From Iphione sp. A-MEVVRFRX5 (lineage: Eukaryota), in NCBI GenBank assembly GCA_976226885.1, contig OZ320318.1, positions 80,042,001 through 80,106,000 on the forward strand: a DNA stretch of 64,000 nucleotides, given 5' to 3'. This document shows, in pieces, positions 38,721 through 52,651 of this stretch. How positions within the stretch are numbered: the stretch's first letter is position 1; the number at the start of each line of letters is the position of its first letter. Position numbers and translations under genes: made by a program. Under the pieces are notes generated by a model. It was not told where the DNA came from, did not search any database, and worked only from the letters and a program-made list of their open reading frames with translations.

Positions 38721-39590
38721 ACCCATGAACATTTGATAACATTTTTATAAATGTTATAAAAAAACACATTTTTACTTGATTATAACGTTTCCAACAATTT
38801 TAAAACATTTGAAAAACGTTTGGAGACATCTGAGGGCAACAGGAGGACGGCCAAGGACATGGGTAGCACTTGCAGAGGTATGGCAGACATCTGAGGGTGA
38901 CAGGAGGACGATCAAGGCCATGGGAGTACCTGGAGAGGTGTGAAGACCTCTGAGCACAACAGGAGGACGAGGAAGGATGTGGGTAGCTACCTATAGAGGT
39001 GTGGCGAATTCTGAAGCTGACAGGAGGACGGGCAAGGACGTGGGTAGCACTTGATGAGGGATAATGACTTCTAGGGATGACAGGAGGATGGGAAAGGCCA
39101 GGGGAGCTCGTGACAGTGTGCGAGGACTTCTGAGTGACCGGAGGATGGCCAACGACGTGGGTACCACCCGGAGAGGTTTGGGAACGTCTAAGAGCTACAA
39201 GGGGAGAGTCAAGAATGAGAAGGACACCTGTAGAGGTGTGAGGACTTCTAAGATTGACAGAAGAGATGTGGCAATGTCTAAGAGCTATAGAAGGACAGCC
39301 AAGGATGAAGTGGTACAGCGGATGAGAGCATCAGCTTTTACATAGGACATGTACGTAGAGACAACTCATGACTAAGGAGCCAGGGTCAAACCTCCCCAAG
39401 CCCAGGCCCTCAAAGTCTCACACTTTTTCTAAAAAAAATCTAAAACCGTAATACAATAATATTATAAAAATGTTCTTTTTTTATCTAGTTAAGAAAACAT
39501 TATGCAAACTTCATTTACAATGTTTTTTCATTTAGAACCTTTTTTTAACGTTTTTACAACGTTTCTACAACACTTCTGTGTTGGCTGGGA
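38721..39590. mobile_element. Unclassified TIR element carrying ~55-bp purine-rich tandem units
   Basis: Right end caacacttctgtgttggctggg, left aacgtt-rich arm, internal caggaggac(g/a)gccaagg units. Sister copy at 46192-46958. Confidence 0.65.
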
Positions 39591-39644
39591 AATCAAACCG
39601 TCCTTGGCTGTGGACAGAAAACTGCTAATGCAAAAAATAATTAA

Positions 39645-39772
39645 TGTTTCTGGTTACCCAACCCTACCTCATAAAACCTCATGCTACCTTAACATTTTTG
39701 AAAAAAAGTCTCCCCTCCCTACCTAGGTTTCTGGCTGGTTGTAACCAGAAACACACCTATTTTGGGGGGCCT
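39645..39772. mobile_element. Partial copy of the 49443-49767 Harbinger-like MITE
   Basis: ccagaaacacacctatttttggggggcc|taa end. Confidence 0.65.
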
Positions 39773-40460
39773 AACATGTTTCCCACACACCATCACTGGA
39801 TCACACCATGATCACACCTGTCCATCCCTTCCAATCTGTGTTGGTCTATCCTTGGATCCCCTGCAGATTTCATCGCATTCACAAAGGGCGCCTTAATAAC
39901 TTGTTTACTACAAATCGTAGTTTAAAGTCAACCCTATAAGGACACGGTCATGCACGAATTCACTCTGATCGTGGGGCCAAAGCGTGCATAATTATATATC
40001 GTATTGGGAATTAAGGAAAACTGAAGAAAGTAGACAAGGATTAAATGTACTTATAGGGTTTTGGTAGATGTGATTAAATGTCATAGCCAAATCACGTAAT
40101 AGCTAACTCAGAAACAGAAAGGACAGAACCTTGGTTAAGATAAAAAGGTATTATTAGACAAATCAGTGGCACTTGTGAGACGATAGATCCCAACAGATTT
40201 TAACGTAGGGTTGCATTTAGGATCTTAGCCAAGATAAAGGTAGCATTTAGAGGTGCAGAAATACCTACTAGGGCAGACATTCTGTATAATTCCTACATAT
40301 ATAAAATCATGTCCATGTTTTGCTATTCCAGTGACGTTCTTGATATTATGTGTCTGTCTTCCATATATTCATTTGTACTGACGAGATAATCAAAATGTTA
40401 TCATTATTTATGCATGCCAAAAATGAACTCACCAATAAATATACGTATTGGATATGCATG

Positions 40461-40770
40461 TGTAACAGCGGCCCCTCCGTAAGAAAGACATGACAAGAAG
40501 TGCAGTGAAGTGAGCTTTATTACTGAAGAACAAGGTGTGTATTGTAAGGCTCCCAACCCTGAACTGAACTCCCAGGCCCCAGCCCCTGCTTATATAGGCT
40601 GGAGCCCTGGCAGTGTGTGGTGCTCTGTTGCGCAGTGCATCAATGCATAAAGCATGATGCAACACTGCACATTGCACTCCACACAAAGTGCATCATAGCA
40701 CAGCGCGCAGTGCCACCTGGCACGTTGCAACTCCACACTGTGCAACATTGCAATGACATACACCGCCACA
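40461..40770 (-). mobile_element. Solo LTR (Gypsy-like)
   Basis: TGTAAC...CCACA termini with 4-bp TSD CATG on both sides. Minus-strand TATATAA (~40590) and AATAAA (~40515). Confidence 0.85.
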
Positions 40771-43700
40771 CATGTAGCCTGCAAGTGGGATTATTGTTTA
40801 ATCCTTTAGTAAAATGGTACATCGTTTGACCACTACAGCATATGAGGAACAACAAGATGTTGAACTTGTTTATTCTTTGTGTAATGCATATACTTTGTGT
40901 GTAATAGCACACTAGGGTCTTGTATACACGACATCATTTTTCCTTTCCTGTTCTACCGTTTCCTTATTTCTTAACTGTCACTGATAACTTTGTTTTTTGT
41001 ACAACAAAGATGATAATAAAGACTTTTCAATTCAATTCAATTCAATAGTGTAGTGGCAGCACAGCATATATCCTTTGGCAACCTGGTTAGTCTATTGCGA
41101 ACAATAGCTACCAAATTTATAATATAACGAAAGAGTAGTTTTCCCCAAACACAGATACCTGCAAGAGAGCGGTATATAAGAGGTATCCCATTCGGCTCTA
41201 AACGTGGAATCTGGAAATTCTCAATACATGTATATCGTCTGGTTTTAAACAATGACTTGAAAGGCCTATGACTAAGTCTCTGCCAATTCCCCCTTACTCC
41301 ATCTGGTTGCAGTTAGTAACCCTAGAAAAGGTTTATCTGAAAGGAATATCCTATGACTAAGCAGAAAGGAATATGGGATGCTGACTCACCAGTCAGGAAT
41401 CCGTGGGAGGATTGATAAAACACATGGGGGGATTACTCAACTTCTTTCCTCCTATATAAGTGGCTGGAATCTGCTGTCCAATCATTATATTCTAAACTTA
41501 CATTTGACTTGGTTGCTCACTTTGAGTCATGACTCTACAACGTATTATATTTTATGCTCGCAGAAGAAGAGGGCTACAAAATTGAAAAACATCAAGGCCT
41601 CAGGACCATCTGGCAATGCAAAAAGCCATCAGGGACTGATGAACAAAATCAGTGTGAGCTGTCAAACGGCTATGTGACAACTGCGGTAGCTGTATGAAGG
41701 ATAGTGTTTAACACTAGGAGTACTTCAGGTGATTACCGTGGATTCACCATGTGAATTAAAGTTGTCATTATCAACCGAATAATTAACCTGCTTATCCATA
41801 ATTGACCCAATACTTAACCTACTTGTTCATAATTGACGGAAAGATTAGCCTACTTGTCCTATGGATATTGTGAACTATAGTGATAGCCTTGCCACTTCAT
41901 TATCGTACTACTGCATTATTAACCTAACGATTATCATAACTGACCTGATAACCAGAAAGCAGCTTATATCATCAAGGTATTTATTTTCTGTAGTCAAAGC
42001 TTAGCAAAGGCTACTCAAACAGTGTGTTTAACCTATTTAACTCCATTTGGGGTGGTCTACTGCACTCACGATGAATGGAGGTATGGGAAACGCAGGTTCT
42101 ACGTACATCCAAGTTCTATTTAAATGAACTTTAGATTTTCCACATATACATGTACATATATGTAGTCTGCTCCTTCCGAGAATGATGGCAATGACACAGA
42201 ATTATGTTTGGACAAGCAACATTGACAAAGCCTCTCTATAAGGCCCACAGACAGGAAGTTGTGTGTGGGGGTATCCGAAATTAGAGAGGTGGACCTCATG
42301 GTTCGAGAGGTGGACGTCCTGGCATGTGTTTTGCAAAGAAGTATTGGAAAGTAGGAGTGAAATAACCTTGTTAGATATATTTTGCGCAAAAATCAACTGA
42401 TCTCCTCACATTTCCTCACTTTTCCTCAGTTCTGTTCATTTTTTTTCTCTGAGTGGACTTAATGTCCATTGGAGGGGGGTATCAAATGATTCCCTTGATA
42501 CCTCCTTGGCTACGGGCCTGTCTTTTACATTGACACATAAACTGAAAAGAAAAAATATATTTTTTCATAGAATCAAATAGTTAACGAACATCCCTTAAAG
42601 TTGAAAGTAAAATAATTAATATTTTAACCTATGTTAATTGCTCTGGATTGTGTTCTCTCTCCATTTACAAGGTCACAGCCTGCATTTCGCACGTATATAT
42701 TACTTTTAACCTATGTTCACTCTGCGCTGTGTTGTCCTTTTTCATCGTTATGTAACAGTCGCTCTGTGTTGTCTGTTGCTGCTCTAATGGCTGGTGTTCC
42801 TTTTGCTGTAAGTACTTCAGTTAACTGTGATTATTTCATATATTATTCATGTAGAAATGGCTTGAAATGTACTCCGGTTATGGTTAACGAAATCCAGATA
42901 TGTAGTACAATTTATAATGAAAATGGTTTCGTCCCTGTCTTAAATTCCAATCAAAGCGATTTTATGGTTCCAGGATCTCCGGATGTCACGGTCTGACTGT
43001 ATATGTATATACCAGGCTTCTGTAATGCACCGGCAAACTGATCTCCAGCTGTGATATACAGTCTTTCTGTCAAACAGATTTAGGTGATATTACTTCATGC
43101 ATAAATCCGTAAAAACTGACTGTTTGTGATTTGCATAACCAGATATTATGGTCCTATCTATGGGCACTTTGCGATTAATAACAGTGACTCTGGTCTGTAA
43201 TTGATTTTGCTCTGTGGAAACTAAATGACACTGTTTTTTCCAATATCCTGCAATCTGACAATCTGTAATGTTAATAACTATGCTTCTTCTGCTGATATTG
43301 TGCTATATTAACTCGAAGGTGGTCACCATGGTCGAAAAGCTGGACAAACATATCTTCACATGCACTGATCGAAGAGTGTTCGTATTTTCTCTCATTTCAA
43401 CTCACATAATTAATTTTTACTAGTTAAAGAGATGTTGGCCTACAAGTAATCTTAATGTCTAAACTAATTTTTTGATTTGCTTACAGAAATTTTATTTGAG
43501 TTCGTCTTTAACAGGAAAAAATTGAAACCAAATTAAGTAAACTGCATGTGGAGAATTTCTAACAGAGATTATTATGCTCTGTTCAGGAGATATCACGAAC
43601 CGGTGCAGGGCTGGTAGTGCAGGACACGATTGATTTACCCACCTCAAAGAATCACCAAATGACAGCTATAACTGCTATTGATGATCATTCCAGAGTTCAA

Positions 43701-46191
43701 GCAGTAAGAGTGTGTCGCAGATTTGATCAAGCTCGGCTATATTGTCCCGTCATTGGAGGGATCACCAAAGTGGTTTCCACACTACTACACTTATGTTTAC
43801 GTTTTTTTACAACAGTGTCTTGAAATACAGCAAGCTAATTGGTGGATTCTCTGTTATGACATCACAAATTGTAAAATAACTGTCTGCACGACCAGTTTTT
43901 GTTCTATTTGGTCATCCGTTAATTAGATCTTTCAGTAGGAAGGGTGCTGCCTAATCACCACAGCTGCACGGAACAGACTTTACAAGATCATTTATCTACT
44001 CAGGTGTTTAGTGTTGAAATGGTCTACCTCGCATCCTCTGAGAAGGATAGATTTTTATTGTGGTGTAAATTCGCTTTATTTATTATCATAAAAGGGGCAT
44101 CAAGGTATCATACTATGGATGTGGCTTGTATCTCTGTAGATTCCCTGAGCTCCTCGGCGAGCTGCACTGAGGTCATGGCAATCGGATGGGTGGAGCAAAT
44201 CGAGACAAGCCTGCTTATTTCTTAGCTACAAGTGTAGAAATAAGCTAAACCTGAGACGGGCACTGCAGTCCAAAAACCCCTTGTGTATTGCTCTTCATAT
44301 AACAACACCTGAATAGAGTATCAACAAGGAGATGAACATTGGGCATGCTGATTGCACGGACCGTTAATCTGCATTATCAACCACTCTTTCTATAGATATT
44401 GGCTGTTTGGTCGATACTGACTTTTGCTGTTGACTCTTAATGTGGGTCTGCTTCACCTATGTATCAACTGTAATAAATGTCACATTGTTATCCGTAAGAA
44501 AGATATACTATTCATTTTCTCCGCAAAGTCCTTAATATTTTTGTCATTAATTAGTACTGTGATTAATAATGTTCGTTTTCTATGATTGTGCATGCAAACC
44601 TCTATAATATGCATGGAGATGCTCAATAATAAAATCTCGAAACCTTAAACAACATTTGGGTTCTCTTGGGCCCCACCACGGTCGGGTAGTATGAGCCCCA
44701 TTCTACGTAATTTATCACAACGGAAAAAACCGTTTTCTGCATGAAGTGTGCCGGTGCTACCGCAAAATAATGTTTGAATACTCCACAGAAGTTTCCATAT
44801 AGTATAAGAGGTAGGATACCAAAAGTCAAAAATAGCATTATAATTAAGTTGGCTTTATTAGTTCCAGTGTTTTTATTCTACAAAATTAGTTTTCTTATTA
44901 AGGGGATAGTTGAATTAGATCTTTGTGTTGGATTATGGTAATCATTCGGGTGCTGATCTGATATCATGAAATATTGTGTTTTTCTCGTTAAGCTGTGGTC
45001 AATTATACCTTGCAATAACTGGCATAACTGTAATCGTTACCTAAAATTATTATTTTTGCTAATTGTTGCTCTTATGTATGTTATTGAAATACATGTTCTA
45101 AACATATACCTATCAAACGCCAATAGAATTTCATTGCAGCAGGTGACGGTAACCTGATTTGTTTTTAGCGCGACTCACTCCAATAAACCTGCTACAGTCC
45201 CTCCCCCTGGCGCAATAAGTGCGTATCATCCAGTAGGCGACCGATTCAGAGAACGGAGTTGAATGAACCTTTCTCAAATACTAACCATAGTTTCAGTTTC
45301 AATATGTTCATTGAGCAAAATAGCATCACCTGACACAGGTGTTTTTTACAACCAACACTCAGCCAGGCATTAAAACTTTATTTTGGCTGAGCATTTACAT
45401 TCCATCTATTCCTTTTTAAATAAGATTTTGTGAAAGAATGAGGTAAGTTGGTGACTTCTGCTGGAATACAATTCCGCATTCAGATTCCACGGTACAAGAA
45501 ACTCTTGGAGAAAATACTCGACTCTGGCTTCACATTGCGGAGCTTCACCCCTTCCCCATATCTAGGTACTGTGCTATGTCGCTCCTCACAAAGAGAAAGG
45601 GAAAACATATCAGCAATAATGATTATGCCATTTTGATCTTCAGAATCTCTTATACCTTCAATTTGCCCGTTTGTGAAAATTAACATCCTAATTGTTTTGC
45701 ACTAACTATTTTCTAATCTCGTCTTTTATCTAGAACAACATTATCACTAATCAGAGCTATGAATGCCAATACAGTGTTCAAAATCATGCACTACCCTTTC
45801 CAATGAATGCACAGCTTTTGCTCTTACAGGCCAAGGTATGACGACAAGAAAATGGACAAGGTATCCTAAGACTGTGTTCTTCCGCTGCATGTTGTAGTTC
45901 CCCAGCAAGACAAGAACATTCCCATCAATATATTATTATTATGATAGGTAGAGAATGTATGATAATAACAATAACAATATGTTGCACAATACAGAATGTA
46001 CAAGGTACCTGCTTAGGTATAGACAAGAGATACTAATGATTAGAGATACTTTACATGAGACAACACTTAAAATATTCATACATGTAATTTAAAAATGAGG
46101 GCCTACAATAGTTTGACTAGTGTGCACACATTTTGGATGTGCATAGAATGCCATGCTTTATTACTTTAAATGCCCTACCCTCTAAATACTT

Positions 46192-46958
46192 TAGCAGCAC
46201 AGAACGTTTTAAAACCGTTTTGTAACGTTTTTATTTGGTTATAACGTTTGCAAACAATTTATAACATTTAAAAGCCTTTTCATTTTGTTGTAATGTCTGC
46301 AACCTTTTTAGAAATTTTACAAACGTTTTTATTTGTTTATAATGTTTGCAACCATTTTAAAATATTTCAAAAATGTTTCAAGGGTGGTGTAATACTTCAG
46401 GAGGTGTGGGGACATCTAGGAGCAGATAGGAGGATGACCAGGGATGGGGGAGCATCTGTAGAGTGTGGGGACCTCTAAGAATGATAGGAGGATAGCCATG
46501 GACAGGGCTAGGACCTGTAGAGGTGCGGGGACCTCTAGGAGTGACAGGAGGACATCCAAGGACAAGGGGAAACCTGGAGAGGTGTGGGGACCTCTAGGAG
46601 TGACAGGACGACAACCAAGGGCAGGGATATCACCAGACAATGTGTGAGGACGTCTACGAGTGACAGGAGAATGACCAAGGCTGGGGGAGTATCTATAGAG
46701 GTGTTTGGCCCTATAGTCCAGTGGATATGAGCGCCACCCTTTACATATAAGGACAATGGCTGAAGAACCAGGTTGAAACGCTGCACAGATCTGTCTCACA
46801 CTTTTAGTCAAAAATATTCTCAAAAGTTTTTTTAATAAAATCACTCTAAAGATGTTTGCTAATCTGGTTAGAAAAATGTATGCAGACATTCATATACAAC
46901 ATTTTAAGAATTTTTACAACGTTTTTAAAACATTTTTACAACATTTCTGTGTTGGCTA
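46192..46958. mobile_element. Second copy of the TIR element at 38721-39590
   Basis: tagcagcacagaacgtt / acatttctgtgttggcta inverted ends and the same internal tandem units. Confidence 0.7.
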
Positions 46959-49442
46959 CGCATAGATTACAAGTTGACGTAAAATTTGTGCATCTGTGCA
47001 AAGATAACCAAGCATAGAGTGTGAATACCACGTGAATTACTTTATTAACATCTATTGTATACATTAATTCATCATTTACTTCACAAAACCCTCGCTCATC
47101 CACCTGTAGTCACTAATACAGATGTTTTACAAACCAAATCTACTTTGGTTATTACAGGTATAATAATCTTCTAGTAACCATATAAACCCACATTTCACAA
47201 AGAGGCAACATACATGAGTTGACGGCCGGATAGATAGGGATGCCCCTTGACAGGGCACTCGAAATACATGTTGCGCTACTTTCAAGGCTGAGGAAGAATA
47301 ATGTATGCGGTATTTTTGCTAGTTGAAACAGAATTGACCTTTGTCTTCTCTGCCCCAACCTCTCCTGCCCCCTCTTAACTGGCAGCACCAGCAGCTGTAA
47401 GTACAAGGGTTGAATAGAAGTTGTTGAAGCATAAACATTCCTAGTTTCCAAATGGAATCGTTTTGATAAATCATCCAGGGCGTCGTTTTCATATTAGACA
47501 CTATTGTAGGCAATGCTTCATACTAATCGGATGGCAGTTCCCAAGCTTGTCAGAAACTACAACCTGTGTGCCCGGGCCTGTGTGCAGAACATATGATGAC
47601 ACTTGCATATTTCCGATCAGAGGAAATGTAGGATTAGCTCATAATTGTTTTGGTTTAAATTCTTCTCTCTTCACGTGGGTTCTTTTTGTCTGATGTGATG
47701 AACAAACCACTAACAATAATTGTCCGTGGAACCCACGTAATTGTATAGCTTGCCGATCATTATGATCATCCAATAATGTCGATAGTCCTTCCCAAATTGC
47801 TCTTGATCGTAAGACAGCATTGAAATTCTCATGTACCATTATCACATATGTATCAACACAGCATGGTTACCATATGTAACCTGTACTGATCGATATTTGT
47901 CGAGATTGTTAAAAGTTAGACAATGAAATGATAGGTTAGGCCAGAATATGGCATGCACACTAAGAGGACAGATTCAACTTAGTGGCGTAAATAGCAATAC
48001 ATTGAACGTTCTTTCTAACATACATAGACATTTTAAATTATCTTTCGTTTCTGGAATGCAATTCGAATGGTACGATTATACATTTTTACTGATTAACATG
48101 ACTCAATTGTTTTACTGGTTCTGTCCTAAATATCCTATGACGTCAAGCTAAATGTTTTAAATTTATCTTCATACGACGATCTAATTTGGAGAACACTGCA
48201 AAGAGTACCTTATTTGCTGTCACTGGCTCTGTGTACCTTTCAGTAACCTTCTCTACTGCCACTCAAGTCTGTTGTTCTTGCTCGGTCATGCTCTTTAGTT
48301 ACATGGTTTAAGCATGTACACACGCCATTGTGCTTTGGCATTGAATATCAGTCTTGTTCTATCCAAAAAGAGGTCCCCCAGTAGGTTTTCCATGTTATGG
48401 CAGTGAAGATTGTCTCCATTGTTTCCACTTTCACTGAGACCATCATTACTGTACTTGCATGGCTTCCCTTAATGTATATCTATTACATCAGTCAGCGGGC
48501 AGGGTTAGGTATCCTAATAATGTTGCTAACGTAGAGGTTTCGGTTATTATCCGGCTGTATTGTCTGATGCTATGATGTGAGGCAGTGTTCTTCATTTTGA
48601 AATGTTGTGCAACGGTAAGTGTGTGAATTTGTCGGATGCCTACATGGGTACATTCATGCTTGTATTAGTGACAACACTATGTTCACATCATTATTATACT
48701 CCGATGCCAATACAGAGGAGAAATACCAACCGCTGATAGGGAGTCCATACACACCCTTATTTGGCACACTGTGCATGTATAGGACTGTATTGAACAGTTC
48801 ACAGGGTCAAAGTTCATTCGATCTTAACCAAAACAATATGGCGGATATGTCGACTCATTTTTTTTTCACAAAGAAATACATTGTAATAAGGAGTTTTTCA
48901 GTGAAATTTTGAATGGAGTACGTTAAACGTGACCACATACACATTTCAGACCTCTTTAGAAGCCATTTCACTTGCGATAATGCATCGGTACAAGCAGGTA
49001 GCACTATTTGTTTATAGGGACCCTTGTTGCTCTAACGTACCGAGGCACACAGCAGCACCTTATTATTAAGCTGTCATCATTGACCTCATCATGCTTCGTG
49101 AGAAATCATCATTCTTGTTAAGTTAGCACGATGACTTGAAGGTAGCACTGACCTATCTAGAGTGCGATACGCGCGGTGACATTAGGATTTAGATGTGGAT
49201 ACAGCACACACGTTAGAGTGAACAATTCAGAGTGGTTATGCATCTGTGATTTGAGGCACCTGTGGCTCAGGTCACAGAGCCAGCCATATAATGCTACATA
49301 GAGAATCAGTAGTTAAGTATTATCACTTTTATCATTTGGTAGAAGATACCCGAATTAACAGCTTTGTATAGATATATACATCGTATCATTCACATTTATT
49401 CAATGAGTAGAGCATCACAGATCAAAGCAGGTCACAACACTA

Positions 49443-49767
49443 GGCCCCCCCAAAAATAGGTGTGTTTCTGGTAATGACCACCCAAAAACCTAGGTAAGGA
49501 GATTTTTTTCCACTTTCTTCCTCTGGTTTTCAAAAATGATAAAGATAATATGAAGAATTTTGACCAATCTGTATACATGAGTTTTACAGTTTTTTGGTGA
49601 ATTTCCATAGATTTTGTTGCTTTTCTACTGAATTTACTTAAAACTTGTGCCGTGAAAACACATATCTAAGGAAATTGGAAACTCTTTGTGGCCAAGTAAT
49701 TTTTAGGTAGGGTGAGGTTTTACTAGATAGGGGTGGGTTACCAGAAACACACCTATTTTTTTTGGCC
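49443..49767. mobile_element. PIF/Harbinger-like MITE
   Basis: CTA 3-bp TSD; TIRs ggccccccaaaaataggtgtgtttctgg / ccagaaacacacctattttttttggcc. Confidence 0.8.
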
Positions 49768-51839
49768 CTAGCAGAATGGTAAAGTGATGGGCTTCTTCCA
49801 TTAAGGGCCTTTAACATATAGTCCATATTTGTAAGTTCCACGTCAGCACACGGTTGCATACTTTTTCTTCTGGCCCTGTCTAACCATTACACCCATTCAG
49901 ATGATTCCACACTTTTATGAGTATGCAATGTGGATGCATTTCTCAAACCAAAAAAGTCTGGGTTTTCTCCACATCCACATACATATCTCATAGACATCCA
50001 TAGTAAAGGACATCTGGTTAACATTATGTATGCAATTAAAATAAGGACACTACAGGTGGTATTTACACACATGGATCTGTGTCCATATTCTTTGTCTGGA
50101 TACATGTAAATAGTCCCTTATGCAGATCGCAGAGACATCATTCATACGTCATAGAGCATGTGGATTTCGATAGAAGCTGCCCTTGCCCTCTGATCGTGGA
50201 AACTAGACAGTGAATAGTAGAGAAGGTATCCTGACCCTGACACTAATGAAAGATTTTATAATGTAAAGAATGAGAGATGATTACTTTTCATCAACATAAT
50301 CGAAGTCTATCATCAAGATAACGCAAAAGACTAAAAGCAGTGCACTGCCTTATCAAATAAGCCTCGCCACAAGGGATTTTAGTGCATGTATATTTTTCGA
50401 GATTTATGGCATCATACAGTTTCACTAGCAGCACCAAAGCTGTAGTACGTGCAGACCTATGGTATCTGAAACCATTTTGACACTGAGTAGGATATCCTCT
50501 TTATAAAGCCTTTAGCACACGGCCAAAGGATTCTGCAATCAATTTTAGATTAATCCTTAAAAACTGGGTTCTATTGTTGTACAAATTCAATGATTTTAAC
50601 TATATTATTTCTTGTTGTATCCCTTTGAAATACTTTAGGAGTCATTTTCAGTTACTTCATGTGTATCTTTGATTCAACCAAACACGTCTGTTTTTAATGT
50701 TCGATAATAATAATCTTGAAAATATCACAATATTTAGTGTTAATATATAGATGGCCTCCTACATGTAACCCTATGAAATCACAAACGCAGACTACAGCAT
50801 AATATAATTTGATATAATGGATCTTTTATTTTCACTCAAGGCTTGTTTTGTTTTTATCTCTGAGAGTATACCATAGGACGAAAGCTATCAGATATTATCA
50901 CTAAATTATATTGGAAAAAACATAAACATTATCAAGCTTCCTTGGCCTCAACAGGAAGTATAGGACAAGTATGAAGTTAACAGTGCGGAAAGTATTAAGT
51001 TATGATTAAATGTAAGAGTACCTAAGTTGTAAAATGTTATGGTTCGGTTAGCAAAGCTTTGAACGACTAAGTGATAACTATGGTAAGTATATAATTATAC
51101 AAATAGATATATGTAACGTGTACTACCCCCTTCACTATATTGTTAAAGCATAATTCATCATAATTAAGACAAAGTTGCTGATTTCCTTGCTCATTCATGT
51201 AATCTAGGTGTAATAAAGTTACACAAATAATGGCTAAAGACTCTTACAACGTTTTTTCATTGTGTAACGCTGACAGTATCATGCGCACGCGAATCAAATA
51301 ATGCTGCTCACCAGTTTGTTAAGGTAAGCAAAAACCCGTGAACTTATTCGGTAAACAAGTACTTGTAATACAAGTGACTTAAGAAATTAATAAAATTAAG
51401 ACCTTGTTTAACAGGATGTTTTCTGATCATATTTCTTTGCCACGGCCCTGTTCTGACCTTTACAATATCTAAAAGTCTCTGAAAAAGGAACAAAAGGTCG
51501 TTTACTGTCCAAGGATATGCACAAAAGCAATATAAAGCTACAGTATTTCATATGAAACTAAAAACGTTCAAATCTTCTTTCTATGAAATTAAAAGAACTT
51601 AAAAAGGCACTTTACATAGATCCTTTAAAATTCGAATTTCTAAAAGGTAATACATAGATACGCTTAGCTGTCACAACATCTTACATTTCTAAGGGCCTTT
51701 CCATTCAGGTCCTGATGAAGATCTCTGTCATAGAAGTTTCAACATTCATTAATCAGGACCGCATTTAATAGTTGAAATGTTTCTTGTGGCTTAATCAAGT
51801 CTATAAGGTAAATACTGCACCTGACAAGGATTTCAAGAA

Positions 51840-52024
51840 TCACTGGAATCTTGTTGGGAATCGATAGGGATTCAAATTCAACCGCATGAATTGTCTTCGT
51901 GGAGATGTTATTACACTTGGTTGAGAAAATCTCACGCTGATATAAATGACGCAGGTTATGGCCACACTGATAACTAGTGAAAGGCCGCTTATAAGTATGA
52001 TCAGGCCAACGGTCGTTATTTCAC
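51840..52024 (-). CDS. Transmembrane exon of an EGF-domain membrane protein (3' end uncertain)
   Basis: cttgcag acceptor, phase 1. GEITTVGLIILISGLSLVISVAITCVIYIS is a hydrophobic helix. A possible donor AGC|GTGAGA lies just after it. Confidence 0.75.
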
Positions 52025-52211
52025 CTGCAAGCACCGAGTAGTGGTTAAAGAAAAATACGTTAAATTCAGTTGTTGAAGGTTCGAGGTCAGGACTTCACAA
52101 GGCATTTACAATGAAAGCTTCCAAAACTATTTACAGTTGAGTAAGGAAAAACGTTATTGGGTTAATACCAGTCTAATCAGTGCTTATCAATATAGTTTCA
52201 ATTGGGCATAC

Positions 52212-52322
52212 CTCTTTCACATAATTCCCCGGCAAATCCATCACTACAATCACAGGTAAAGTTCACACCTATGGAATTGCATGTTCCGCCATTAAGGCAA
52301 GGGTTGCTCCTGCATCCTTCTA
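52212..52322 (-). CDS. EGF-like domain exon
   Basis: ttctag acceptor, AG|GTATG donor, 111 nt, phase 1-1. EGCRSNPCLNGGTCNSIGVNFTCDCSDGFAGELCER has the canonical six-cysteine EGF spacing. Confidence 0.93.
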
Positions 52323-52651
52323 CTAGAAGAGTACATTAGAGCCACAATAGATTAGACAATGTCAATTCCCGACTTGATTTGTTGGTCACATGCAGTAATT
52401 TAGAGTAATTTACACTTGATTGTTTCTGATATCAATATAGCTCTTTTCTAGTTTGACAAGTATCAGTTAGGTTAACGCTTCTTGGCTTTTGAATGTTGCT
52501 GTGAAGTTCTGACAGTACCATCTAATTGACATACATGAGACAGTAATTCTGGGACAAAATGAACAAAATTCCTACATTAAGAACCCGTATTAGCAAGTGG
52601 AACTTCAGTGTTACCCATTGTCACAAAATTAACAATATGGAAATACCATAT

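Noticed and set aside
44090-44225. Minus-strand peptide RLVSICSTHPIAMTSVQLAEELRESTEIQ resembling a Tc1 HTH
   Set aside because: Short, followed by stops, with no TIRs or DDE region nearby; resemblance alone is insufficient.
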